A program made the position numbers and the translations under genes. DNA of 60,589 nt, taken from a virus. Taxonomy: Duplodnaviria > Caudoviricetes. The stretch covers positions 1 to 60,589 of IMG/VR virus record IMGVR_UViG_3300014208_000008; one strand, written 5' to 3'. Of this stretch, positions 1 through 9,033 are shown piece after piece. The notes under the pieces are model-generated. The model made no database searches, was not told where the DNA came from, and worked only from the letters and a program-made list of their open reading frames with translations. Each line of letters begins with the position of its first letter. Position 1 is the first letter of the stretch.

Positions 1-123
1 AAAGAACAATTCCGTCAAAGTCTGAAGAAGATATGACAGAAGCAGAATTACGAGCGTCAATAGCTGCAAAGGTATGGGCGACGTAAAAAGATTTACCAAT
101 GGATATTTAAAAGCGCAGGGTAA
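1..123. repeat. Terminal direct repeat, left copy (circular assembly overlap)
   Basis: Bases 1-123 are identical to 60467-60589 and contain the 3' end of the scaffold gene. Confidence 0.95.
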
Positions 124-205
124 CTCCTCCGTAAGATGCCAAATGGCACTAATAAATAGAAATTAGAAATTAAAACATTTAATCTTAATTATTAGGAGCC
201 TTATC

Positions 206-1246
206 ATGGCTATACAAAACTACTCCACCCCCACAGCGTCACGAAATCTCATTAATACTGAGTTTGAGATGCTGAAAAGAGTCGAATCTATCCAGGTTTT
301 GGGTAAGTTTGGCGACCAAAAAACGCAACCACTAAACAAAACTGACACAGCAGTGTTCAGACGTTTAGATCCGTTCAATGTTGATGCTAACGGTCTGCCA
401 CAAATTACGGCAGCAAACTTCGTTGGCGCGGAAGGTACAACTCCAACGTCAAATACCATCAGTTATACAGACGTAACGGCGACTGTTGAGCAATACAATG
501 TCTTATTTAAATTCAGTTCAAAAGCTGAGTTGATGTATGAAGATGACATACCTGCAGATATGCGTACTGTTACAGCTGACACATTGGCAGAAGTAGCGGA
601 ACTTGTAGCTTACGGTCAAATGAAAGCTGGTACAAGTGTCATCTATGCAAATGGAACAACTCGCGCAGGCTTGAATACACGCATTTCACTGGCAAAACTG
701 CAACTAGCAGCACGTTCAATGGAATCTAACCGGGCAACTCATGTAACTAGCATGATTGGGCCAGGGCCAAACTTCAACACCGCGCCTTGTGAACCTGCAT
801 TTATCGTGTTTCACCACACCGATGCAAGTTCAGATGTTAAGGCATTGTCTGGATTTACCAAACGTGTTGAGTACGGTTCAGCAGTAACACCAGTACATCC
901 TCGTGAAATCGGTGCTTGCGACCAGTTCAGATTCGTACCAAGTCCATTGTTCAAACCTTATGTAACGGCTGGATCATCAACTACTAACGGCATGGTGGCA
1001 ACATCAGGCAGCGTAGATGTGTATCCATTCATTATTATTGGTGAATCTGCAATGGGCCACATCAGCTTGAAAGGCAATGGTTATACTGGTATTTCACCAA
1101 CAATCATTTCAAGTAAAGTTAAAAATCATGCTAATCCGTCAGCTAAATTTGGTTACGTCGGCGCAGATTTTTGGTATGCCGCGGTACGATTGAATGAAAA
1201 CTGGATGACCAGACTGGAAGCCGGTGTTACTGACTTAGCACTCTGA
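206..1246 (+). CDS. Major capsid protein, N4-gp56-like family
   Basis: 346 aa with RBS AGGAG; follows the scaffold gene. Motifs 'LGKFGDQKTQPLNKTDTAVFRR', 'EIGACDQFRF' and 'RLNENWMTRLE' are typical of this capsid family. Confidence 0.85.
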   Translation: MAIQNYSTPTASRNLINTEFEMLKRVESIQVLGKFGDQKTQPLNKTDTAVFRRLDPFNVDANGLPQITAANFVGAEGTTPTSNTISYTDVTATVEQYNVLFKFSSKAELMYEDDIPADMRTVTADTLAEVAELVAYGQMKAGTSVIYANGTTRAGLNTRISLAKLQLAARSMESNRATHVTSMIGPGPNFNTAPCEPAFIVFHHTDASSDVKALSGFTKRVEYGSAVTPVHPREIGACDQFRFVPSPLFKPYVTAGSSTTNGMVATSGSVDVYPFIIIGESAMGHISLKGNGYTGISPTIISSKVKNHANPSAKFGYVGADFWYAAVRLNENWMTRLEAGVTDLAL

Positions 1247-1257
1247 GAATGATTAGG

Positions 1258-1286
1258 TTGAGTATGGAATAATAAGCCATACTCAA
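1258..1286 (+). other. Stem-loop after the capsid gene (mRNA stabilising or processing hairpin)
   Basis: TTGAGTATGG (1258-1267) and CCATACTCAA (1277-1286) form a perfect 10-bp stem; there is no U-tract. Confidence 0.55.
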
Positions 1287-1325
1287 ATCTAAAAGGTTGC
1301 AAATATTAAAATATAGGTAAACAAA

Positions 1326-1808
1326 ATGAATTTAAATGATTTAGGTAGACAAGGTGCTACATTCTGCGCGTCAAAGGCAGGGTTGGCCATCGGTGATGGA
1401 GCTAAAACCGGAACTAATTCCTTTGCAGCAAATAATGGTGCAGGTATTGATTTTTGCATTGATGGCATTGGTTATCACAAAGCAGATGCTGCAACTGTAG
1501 CACCGTTTACAGCAGCAGCAGTACAGCCTGTATTGACTAAATGCTTGTATCTTGTGCAGATTGATTCAGCAGGAACAATCACTACAGTAAAAGGCACGGC
1601 GGTACTAACGGCAGACTTAACAGCCGGTAACAAAGTATTGCAATGGCCGCAGCCAGCAGCAGGTAAATGTCCAGTAGGTGCTGTAAAGATTACGCTTGCA
1701 TCAACAGCGACATTCACGGCAGGAACAACTGCGCTTGATGCGACTAATGTTACAGCAACATATTACGACTTCATTGGCGGTATGCCTTCAGCCCCATTAA
1801 CTTCTTAA
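1326..1808 (+). CDS. Probable capsid decoration or virion structural protein
   Basis: Ala/Thr/Gly-rich 160-aa protein directly after the major capsid gene. Confidence 0.55.
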   Translation: MNLNDLGRQGATFCASKAGLAIGDGAKTGTNSFAANNGAGIDFCIDGIGYHKADAATVAPFTAAAVQPVLTKCLYLVQIDSAGTITTVKGTAVLTADLTAGNKVLQWPQPAAGKCPVGAVKITLASTATFTAGTTALDATNVTATYYDFIGGMPSAPLTS

Positions 1809-1817
1809 GGTGAAACT

Positions 1818-2255
1818 ATGAGACGAAATTCAGCAACAGAAGCGGCGGATACAAAAATCAGAGAAACTACGCTAAGTGAATTAACGGCTGGTGGCAATCC
1901 AGAAGTAGAAGTTATCTCGGATATGAGTGCGGCAGAACTGGAAGCTTTTATGAATGAACCGGTGGATATATTTATGCATCCGGCGCGTGAAAACGGCGAT
2001 CTTGATGTCCAGGTAATCAATGTTAATGGTGTTAATCAGCCAATTATCAAAGGTCGGCAAACGCGTATTAAGCGTAAGTATGTCGAAGCAATAGCCAGAG
2101 GCCATAGTATCCGCTATACGCAAACAGTTCCGGATCCTGGGCAGCCAGATCACATTAAGATGATAGAGCGGAAAATACCGTCCTATCCATTCGATGTGAT
2201 TGCGGATACCAGCAAAGGCAAAGCGTGGTTGAAAACAATTTACGAGTCTTTGTGA
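1818..2255 (+). CDS. Hypothetical protein of the head module
   Basis: ORF with RBS AAGGTG, in the head operon. Confidence 0.6.
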   Translation: MRRNSATEAADTKIRETTLSELTAGGNPEVEVISDMSAAELEAFMNEPVDIFMHPARENGDLDVQVINVNGVNQPIIKGRQTRIKRKYVEAIARGHSIRYTQTVPDPGQPDHIKMIERKIPSYPFDVIADTSKGKAWLKTIYESL

Positions 2256-2262
2256 GGTTATT

Positions 2263-2802
2263 ATGAGACTAAAAAACAGGGTAGACAATCTACAGGTTAC
2301 GGGCGAGCTAAGAATGGCTCAAGGCGCAACATTACTGGTCGAAGATGCTGCAAGTGTTACACATATTCAAAACATGAGTAATCGCATTGTAAGTGTCACG
2401 GCTACAACATTAACAGTAACAGCCAAAGATCATGCTCACAGAACTGTTGTATTAGGTTCTACGCATACTCAAACAGTCACTTTGCCAGCAGCATCAGGCA
2501 CAGGTGATAAGTATAAGTTTGCGGTAAGCGTCACTGGAACCGATGGCAGCAAAGTAATCCAGGTTGCTAATACGGCAGATGTAATGACAGGTGTTCATAT
2601 CGTTCATTCAACATCAACGGCAGAAGCATCTAGCTTTTTAACCAGTGCAACATCAGACACGTACACAGCAAATAACACTACAACGGGCGGAATTATGGGT
2701 ACTACTGTTGAAATTGAAGATATTGCTTCAGGTAAGTTTTTGGTACGTGTTGATGCAGTTTCTTCAGGTACGGTGGCTACAGGATTTTCGGCATCTGTGT
2801 AA
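2263..2802 (+). CDS. Probable head fibre or virion structural protein
   Basis: Thr/Ser-rich and beta-type, with 'TVTLPAASGTG'; RBS GAGG. Confidence 0.5.
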   Translation: MRLKNRVDNLQVTGELRMAQGATLLVEDAASVTHIQNMSNRIVSVTATTLTVTAKDHAHRTVVLGSTHTQTVTLPAASGTGDKYKFAVSVTGTDGSKVIQVANTADVMTGVHIVHSTSTAEASSFLTSATSDTYTANNTTTGGIMGTTVEIEDIASGKFLVRVDAVSSGTVATGFSASV

Positions 2803-2814
2803 AAAATCCATCCA

Positions 2815-2823
2815 TGTTATAAT
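2815..2823 (+). promoter_or_regulatory. Extended -10 promoter upstream of the HNH gene
   Basis: TG-T-TATAAT at 2815-2823. Confidence 0.45.
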
Positions 2824-2900
2824 GGCTTTGAGCGTGACGAGGGAAATCACGTGGATAAAAACCCTCATTAATTTAACCTTTTCAAAGAGGATTTATAACA

Positions 2901-3620
2901 ATGATAGGCAAAAGATACGGCTCTTTAACAGTTTTAGGTATTGCACCAGATAGAGAAAATACGCAGAAGCATAAAGGTAAGCGTAAATATCTATTATGTA
3001 AGTGTGATTGTGGTGCTATTAAAGAAGTAAGAAAGGATGGCCTAAGTGAAAAATCAAGTTGCAGGAATTGTGTAAATAAAAGTCATGGATTGTCACATAC
3101 ACAAGTTCATTCTACTTGGTCAGGTATGAAGCAACGATGCACTAACCCTAATACTATAAACTATCATTTATATGGTGGTAGAGGTATTAAAGTTTGTGAT
3201 AGATGGTTTAATTCATTTGATTCATTTTATGAAGATATGGGTGATCCGCCAACGCCTACTCACTCTATTGATAGAATCGACAATAATGGTAACTATGAAC
3301 CTGGAAATTGTAGATGGGCAACCAAAAAGGAACAGCAAAATAATAGGAATGAATTTGTTAATACGCATGTTGTTTTACTGAAAACGGACAAGGAATACAG
3401 GGAAAAATGGTGGCAGTCAAAGCATGGAGACAGGACTGGCATGTATAGTAAGTATAAAGGAGTTACATTCAATAAAAACAGAAATAAATGGACATCAAGT
3501 GTTTTTGTGAATGGTAAATCAATACATGTAGGAACTTTCACGGATGAAATAGAGGCGGCCAAAGCGTATGATGAAGCAGCTAAAATGTATCAAGGCGAAT
3601 TTGCTAATCTTAATTTTTAA
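2901..3620 (+). CDS. HNH endonuclease with C-terminal AP2 DNA-binding domain (free-standing homing endonuclease)
   Basis: '[17 protein letters not shown]', '[20 protein letters not shown]' and the AP2 motif '[21 protein letters not shown]'. Confidence 0.9.
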   Translation: MIGKRYGSLTVLGIAPDRENTQKHKGKRKYLLCKCDCGAIKEVRKDGLSEKSSCRNCVNKSHGLSHTQVHSTWSGMKQRCTNPNTINYHLYGGRGIKVCDRWFNSFDSFYEDMGDPPTPTHSIDRIDNNGNYEPGNCRWATKKEQQNNRNEFVNTHVVLLKTDKEYREKWWQSKHGDRTGMYSKYKGVTFNKNRNKWTSSVFVNGKSIHVGTFTDEIEAAKAYDEAAKMYQGEFANLNF

Positions 3621-3702
3621 TCTTCCGTCCAATAGCAGATATTGGCTTTTAGCACTGCCGGGAGTGTGGAAGAACCCGGCTTAATCCTACTAAAAGGGGA
3701 GT

Positions 3703-4224
3703 ATGATGAAAAGAAGTTTGTTATTAGGTTGTGGCAACAGCCGTGTTAAGAAGATAGCTACTGTTGATAAGCCTGATTGGATAGGTGAATTAACAACAAT
3801 GGATATGGATAAAAACTGCAATCCTTCTATAGCGTGGGATTTCAACAAAAGCCATTTTATGCCGTTCGATGACAACACTTTTGATGAGCTAGCGGCCTTC
3901 GACAGTTTAGAGCATTGGGGTAATCAAGGAGATTGGAAAGGATATTTTGATGAGTTCTCAGAATACCATAGGATATTAAAGCCGGGCGGTGAGTTTGGAA
4001 TTATCGTACCGATAGGACAAGATGCATTTGCTGATCCAGGGCATGTTCGATTCTTTCATAAGAACCATTTTGGATTCTTGAGCCAGCAGTTCTATGAGGA
4101 TAACTTAAAGGCCGGAAATCCTATTACTGATTATCGGTGGTACTACAAAAAAGACTTCGAGATTATATTCATGGAGCAACACGGCGATCATCACTTAGCC
4201 GTTGTGTTGAGGAAGCCATTATGA
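3703..4224 (+). CDS. Class I SAM-dependent methyltransferase
   Basis: 'LLLGCG' motif I, 'PFDDNTFD', 'LEH' and 'RILKPGG'. Confidence 0.85.
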   Translation: MMKRSLLLGCGNSRVKKIATVDKPDWIGELTTMDMDKNCNPSIAWDFNKSHFMPFDDNTFDELAAFDSLEHWGNQGDWKGYFDEFSEYHRILKPGGEFGIIVPIGQDAFADPGHVRFFHKNHFGFLSQQFYEDNLKAGNPITDYRWYYKKDFEIIFMEQHGDHHLAVVLRKPL

Positions 4225-4895
4225 AATTTGATTTATTAGGATTAAAGTTCATGATAGGCATACCAATAAACCGTGACTTACCTTGGCAAACAGCACGTTC
4301 ATTGCTTGATATGACTATTGAGTTAATGAAACGAGGCATACAGTTTGAAGTCCAGTTCTGCATAGGAAGTTCTATTGTTGAAGTGGCTAGAAGCAAAATA
4401 GCCGATATGTTCATGAAGTCAGATTGCAACAAACTGTTTATGATTGACAGTGATCAGTCGTGGACACCAGACGATGCGATAAGATTAATGGCATTATCAA
4501 CTAAACTGAGTGTTGTTTGTGGCTCTTATCCAGCAAAGAAGGATCCTATAACATTTATGTTAAAGCCGCTAGATGAGGAAGTCGAAATGAATTATTACGG
4601 CTGTATTGAGCTAGGCGGCATAGGATTAGGATTTACGATAGTGGACTGGCATGTTATTAAGGATTTATCAAATAACGCACCAAAGCTATTGTTTCCAGAG
4701 TCAACAGATAAGGTAGCGCATATATTCCGGTGTGATTATGTTGGAGAAGATTTCAGGGGTGAAGATATGGCATTCTTTGACGATATACAGGCACTTGGTT
4801 ATAAAGTATGGCTTGATCCAAGTTTAAACATTGGACATATCGGTGGTAAAGAATACAAAGGCTCAATCATGAGCGCATTAACAAGGGTTGAATAA
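4221..4895 (+). CDS. GT-A fold (GT2-like) glycosyltransferase
   Basis: DxD motif 'LFMIDSD' and 'GEDMAF..GYKVWLDPS..GHIG'. The likely start is ATG 4221, which overlaps the methyltransferase stop (ATGA). Confidence 0.75.
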   Translation: MKFDLLGLKFMIGIPINRDLPWQTARSLLDMTIELMKRGIQFEVQFCIGSSIVEVARSKIADMFMKSDCNKLFMIDSDQSWTPDDAIRLMALSTKLSVVCGSYPAKKDPITFMLKPLDEEVEMNYYGCIELGGIGLGFTIVDWHVIKDLSNNAPKLLFPESTDKVAHIFRCDYVGEDFRGEDMAFFDDIQALGYKVWLDPSLNIGHIGGKEYKGSIMSALTRVE

Positions 4896-4896
4896 A

Positions 4897-5232
4897 ATGA
4901 ACAGTTATAAAGCATCAGTAATAATACAAAATGGTTGCGAAGAATATTGTTATTTAAAACCTAAGCACGAACATCTATCTGTTGCGCCAATTAACTTTAA
5001 TAAGTTAAATCAGTCAATAGAAAAGCTAGTTGATGTAGAAATAGTTGTTAGAGATAATCAACCGCATAAGATGAAGGAAGTTTTATTATATTTTCATCCC
5101 AATAAATACACATTGGCAAAAATACCAAAGAAAATTGTTGTAATGCTGTTCCGTCGTGATTTTAATATAACTTTTATAAATAGGACTATTCTTGATTATA
5201 TTTTCGGCCCACAATGGGCTATTAACAAATAA
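4897..5232 (+). CDS. Hypothetical protein (AT-rich)
   Basis: The ORF fills the gap between operon genes; ATG at 4897. Confidence 0.5.
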   Translation: MNSYKASVIIQNGCEEYCYLKPKHEHLSVAPINFNKLNQSIEKLVDVEIVVRDNQPHKMKEVLLYFHPNKYTLAKIPKKIVVMLFRRDFNITFINRTILDYIFGPQWAINK

Positions 5233-5250
5233 AATAATTAAGGCATTATT

Positions 5251-5913
5251 ATGACAAAGCTAGAGTTGTGCAATCGTTTATTAGCCCGTTCAGGTGTAGC
5301 AGGCACAGCCATGACAACGACTCTATCACAAACCGGAGAGCTTGGGCTTTTGGTTAGTTTGATAGATACCGCTTATGAATCCATCCAGGACAAATATAAC
5401 ACATGGGAATTTTTACGGCATACATTCGCGTTCAACTGCGCTATTGGTGTTACAGAATACGCACCATCGGTATTAGCAAACGTAGCAAACTGGAAAGATA
5501 ACAGTTTTAGATGCTATCTAACGACTACCACAAACGAACAAGAGCTTGCACAGCTAAATTGGGACGTATTTAGAGATACCAGAATCATTGGAACAAGTAG
5601 AGACACGACTGGAAGGCCGTCAGAAATAGCCGAAAATCCTGAGAAGTCACTGGTATTATGGCCTGCACCAGATGATACTTACACCATAACAGGAGAGTAT
5701 TACAGGAAAGCCGATACAATGGACTTAGACACGGACGAACCTGTATTTGGTAGTTTCCACATGAGCATTGTTTATAACGCATTGATGCAATATGCCGGGG
5801 ATAGCGGCTTACCTACACTCTACGCAACAGCACAAAAGGAATATAACAAGCTTATCCGCATGATGCAGCGTGATTACTTGCCAGTTATCTCATTAGGCGA
5901 ACCGCTAGCATGA
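5251..5913 (+). CDS. Head-tail adaptor protein
   Basis: N-terminus 'MTKLELCNRLL' and 'LWPAPD..YTI.GEY'; lies just before the nozzle gene. Confidence 0.7.
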   Translation: MTKLELCNRLLARSGVAGTAMTTTLSQTGELGLLVSLIDTAYESIQDKYNTWEFLRHTFAFNCAIGVTEYAPSVLANVANWKDNSFRCYLTTTTNEQELAQLNWDVFRDTRIIGTSRDTTGRPSEIAENPEKSLVLWPAPDDTYTITGEYYRKADTMDLDTDEPVFGSFHMSIVYNALMQYAGDSGLPTLYATAQKEYNKLIRMMQRDYLPVISLGEPLA

Positions 5914-7943
5914 GCATTAATCCGCCTGCAACTGTTCAAAAAGTTGATTTTATCTTATTTCATGGTGGGCTAGACAGTGAATCCGTCCCGGTAACTATAT
6001 TGCCTGGATTCGCCAGAAGCGCACAAAATTGGGAAGAAGATAATAATGGTGGATACAAGACTTTAACAGGTTATCAAGCATTTGATGGGCAAACAGAACC
6101 ACATCTAGCCACATATACAGTCCTTATAGCGACAATTCCAGGTTCTATAGCAGTAGGTGACACTATAACTGGTGCTACATCAGCAGCAACAGGTAAAGTT
6201 ATTGCAATCACATCAACTACTTTTGTTATCACAAAGTATTCAGGAACATTTGTAGCAGAATCACTAACAACAGGTGGTGCAGCTATCGGCGGCGTATCAA
6301 CGTCAGGTACATCAAGACTTTTAGCAGCACAATATACCAATCTTGCAGCAGACGCATACAGGGCAGATATAGCAGCAGTTCCAGGAAGTGGAAATATACT
6401 AGGGGTTCAGTATTATAAAGGCACCGTTTATGCCTTTAGAAACACTGTGACGACTGGTGTTAAAATGTACAAGTCAACAATAGCAGGTTGGCAAGAGGTT
6501 GTATTTGGCTATGAGGTTTATTTCTCAAGCGCGAGCGGAACACAGCCAGCAGAAGGCGCAACAATAACTCAAGGCGCTGTTTCAGGTACGTTAAAAAGAG
6601 TATGTATTGAAAGCGGAACATTTGCGGCAGGGACAGCAGCAGGAAGGCTAATATTTCTCACTATAACATCAGGGCCATTTACAGCAGCGGCTTTAACAGG
6701 TGGCATGACTGGTACAATCGTATCACAAGCGGCAATAACAATTCCTAATCAAAGCGGACGTTATAAGTTCGTCATAGCTAATTTTACAGGTAGTGTAGAC
6801 ACAATAAGAATGTATGGTTGTGATGGCGCCAACAGAGGATTCGAGTTCGATGGTACCACATTTATTCCAATCAATAATTCAGGAATGGGTGCAGACGATA
6901 AACCAACTAATATTGCCGTTCATAGAAATTATTTATTCTTTAGTTATTTTGGTTCAGTTCAATACAGCGGATTAGGCACACCTTTTAACTGGACGGTTAT
7001 TTCAGGTGCAAACGAAATTGGAGCCAGTGACACAGTAACAGGCTTTGCAGTTCAGCCGGGTTCTAGTACAGTAGCGACTATGGCTATTTATTGCCGGAAC
7101 AGGACATATCTTTTATATGGCAATGATCCAACAACATGGGAATTGATTAACTACAGCGAAACAACAGGCGCCATAGATAACAGTATTCAGGTTATTGGCC
7201 AAACCTATGTAATGGATGACAGGGGCATAGAAAGTTTAACCACAGCTCAGGAATTTGGTAACTTTAGTGATGCAACTATTAGCCAACGGATAACTTCACT
7301 TCTACAAACAAAACGTAATCTAGTTACTGATTCACACATAGCCAGGGACAAACAACAATACCGTGTATTCTTTAGTGATGGTAGCGGTATTTATTGTACG
7401 CTAGGAAAGAAAATACAATCTATGATGCCGGTATTATTTCCTAATCCTGTGCTGTGTTCATGTAGTGCTGAAACATCAGGCGGTGGTGAGGAAGTTATAT
7501 TTTTTGGTTCATCAAATGGCTTTGTGTATCAAATGGAGAGAGGCACAAGTTTTAACGGTACCGAAATTGATGCTTTTCTTTATCTTGTGTTTAATAACTT
7601 AAAGACATATCGAGTCATTAACAGATACAGAAGAATGTCATTTGAGATTGTAACCGATGGCTATTCAGAAATTGATTTAGGTTATGACTTGGGGTATTCA
7701 TCGACGGAAATATCACAACCAGGATTAGAAACAAGGGTTATTGATACAACGCCGCCAAAGTGGGGTGAAGTTAAGGGAGGGGAATTTATCTGGGATGGAA
7801 CACCATTAACCACAATGTCATTAGCAGTTAGAGGCACAGGTGAAAACATTGCACTCAAACTGTTATCAAATTCAGATTATTTTGCGCCGGTTAAATTTAG
7901 CGGTATGTTTTTAGAATATAGTCCAATGAGGCAAAAACGGTGA
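5910..7943 (+). CDS. Tail nozzle / tail tubular protein B-like (P22 gp10-like)
   Basis: 677-aa beta-rich protein with 'HGGLDSE' near the N-terminus; lies directly after the adaptor. Confidence 0.65.
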   Translation: MSINPPATVQKVDFILFHGGLDSESVPVTILPGFARSAQNWEEDNNGGYKTLTGYQAFDGQTEPHLATYTVLIATIPGSIAVGDTITGATSAATGKVIAITSTTFVITKYSGTFVAESLTTGGAAIGGVSTSGTSRLLAAQYTNLAADAYRADIAAVPGSGNILGVQYYKGTVYAFRNTVTTGVKMYKSTIAGWQEVVFGYEVYFSSASGTQPAEGATITQGAVSGTLKRVCIESGTFAAGTAAGRLIFLTITSGPFTAAALTGGMTGTIVSQAAITIPNQSGRYKFVIANFTGSVDTIRMYGCDGANRGFEFDGTTFIPINNSGMGADDKPTNIAVHRNYLFFSYFGSVQYSGLGTPFNWTVISGANEIGASDTVTGFAVQPGSSTVATMAIYCRNRTYLLYGNDPTTWELINYSETTGAIDNSIQVIGQTYVMDDRGIESLTTAQEFGNFSDATISQRITSLLQTKRNLVTDSHIARDKQQYRVFFSDGSGIYCTLGKKIQSMMPVLFPNPVLCSCSAETSGGGEEVIFFGSSNGFVYQMERGTSFNGTEIDAFLYLVFNNLKTYRVINRYRRMSFEIVTDGYSEIDLGYDLGYSSTEISQPGLETRVIDTTPPKWGEVKGGEFIWDGTPLTTMSLAVRGTGENIALKLLSNSDYFAPVKFSGMFLEYSPMRQKR

Positions 7944-8458
7944 CAAATCCATTTTACAACAGAGTATTCAATTTAACAGATCATGTTGACTATCTAACAG
8001 CAGCTATAGTCAAAGCAGAATTTGGCCTAATCGAAACAGGATTTAATAAGTTTCCAGCTTTAACAGGTAACGGTGGAAAGTTAGTAGCAGTCAAAGCCGA
8101 TGAAACAGGACTAGAAGCTATAACAGTAGCAGTGGCAGCATCATCTTTGTCCACGAGTGGATATTATGCACTTGATGCCGGTGCGAATGATTTAATTGTA
8201 CAATGGGGAACGGGCACTTCGGACGCTTCCGGTAACGCAACGATAACACTTGCAACCACATTTCCTAATGCTATTTTACATGCTTTCGTATGTGGTGGCG
8301 ATTCAGGCGGGTGGGCCTCGAATGAACTGTTTACGTGGGGCGTAGACTTTGCATCATGTACAACATCACAAGTTTTTGTTGATGTACGGAAGATAGTTGC
8401 AGGCGTTCCGACAGTAGCATCAGGTAAAGCTTGTCGAGTGTTGGCATTGGGGTACTAA
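7940..8458 (+). CDS. Short tail fibre protein with gp53-like C-terminal domain (paralog 1)
   Basis: 'LIVQWG..ITLATTFPNAILH..RVLALGY'; GTG start overlaps the upstream stop. Confidence 0.7.
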   Translation: MTNPFYNRVFNLTDHVDYLTAAIVKAEFGLIETGFNKFPALTGNGGKLVAVKADETGLEAITVAVAASSLSTSGYYALDAGANDLIVQWGTGTSDASGNATITLATTFPNAILHAFVCGGDSGGWASNELFTWGVDFASCTTSQVFVDVRKIVAGVPTVASGKACRVLALGY

Positions 8459-8991
8459 TGAGCGATTTTTACAGAAAATCAGGCGCGCCAACTGTTCACA
8501 CATCAGGAACGGTATCTCAGTTAAGTTCTGAGTTCAGCAATATTGAGAGCGCATTTAGTAAGTTTCCAGCATTTTTAGGAAATGCGTCCAAGTGGCTACA
8601 AGTAAATGCAGGTGGAACAGGTATTGATGCTGTATCGCAAGTGGTGGCAGATGCTTCATTTGCTTCAAATGGTTATTATATATTTCCAGGTTCAAGCCAA
8701 CTAATAATACAATGGGTAACTGCATTGCATACTGTCTCAGGATTGTTTATGGTTACATTGCCAATGACATTCCCTACAGCTATACTTCACGCAACAATAG
8801 GTGTTAATCAGCCTGATTTTGATGGTGGCGGTGGGCCTGCACCGACAATGATTGTTCCAGGGATCCATTTTGCATCATGCACAACATCACAAGTTGCTGT
8901 AAGGATTAAAGGTGTAACAAGTACATCAGGAAGCCCAGGTGAAGCAGCAGGATTAGGCCATTCATATAGAATACTTGCATTAGGATATTGA
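8458..8991 (+). CDS. Short tail fibre protein with gp53-like C-terminal domain (paralog 2)
   Basis: 'LIIQWV..VTLPMTFPTAILH..RILALGY'; ATG 8458 overlaps the paralog 1 stop (TAATG). Confidence 0.7.
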   Translation: MSDFYRKSGAPTVHTSGTVSQLSSEFSNIESAFSKFPAFLGNASKWLQVNAGGTGIDAVSQVVADASFASNGYYIFPGSSQLIIQWVTALHTVSGLFMVTLPMTFPTAILHATIGVNQPDFDGGGGPAPTMIVPGIHFASCTTSQVAVRIKGVTSTSGSPGEAAGLGHSYRILALGY

Positions 8992-9033
8992 TATGAATAC
9001 ATTTAAAATAATTGAACAAGCTTGGAGCCTAAA

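Noticed and set aside
1-123. Biological terminal repeat
   Set aside because: It starts inside the scaffold gene and is more simply an assembler overlap of a circular or permuted genome.
2833-2866. Pistol ribozyme or preQ1 riboswitch
   Set aside because: Only the pseudoknot topology is similar; the conserved nucleotides are missing.
7940-8991. Diversity-generating retroelement TR/VR pair
   Set aside because: No reverse transcriptase is present, both copies are intact genes, and the differences are not adenine-specific.
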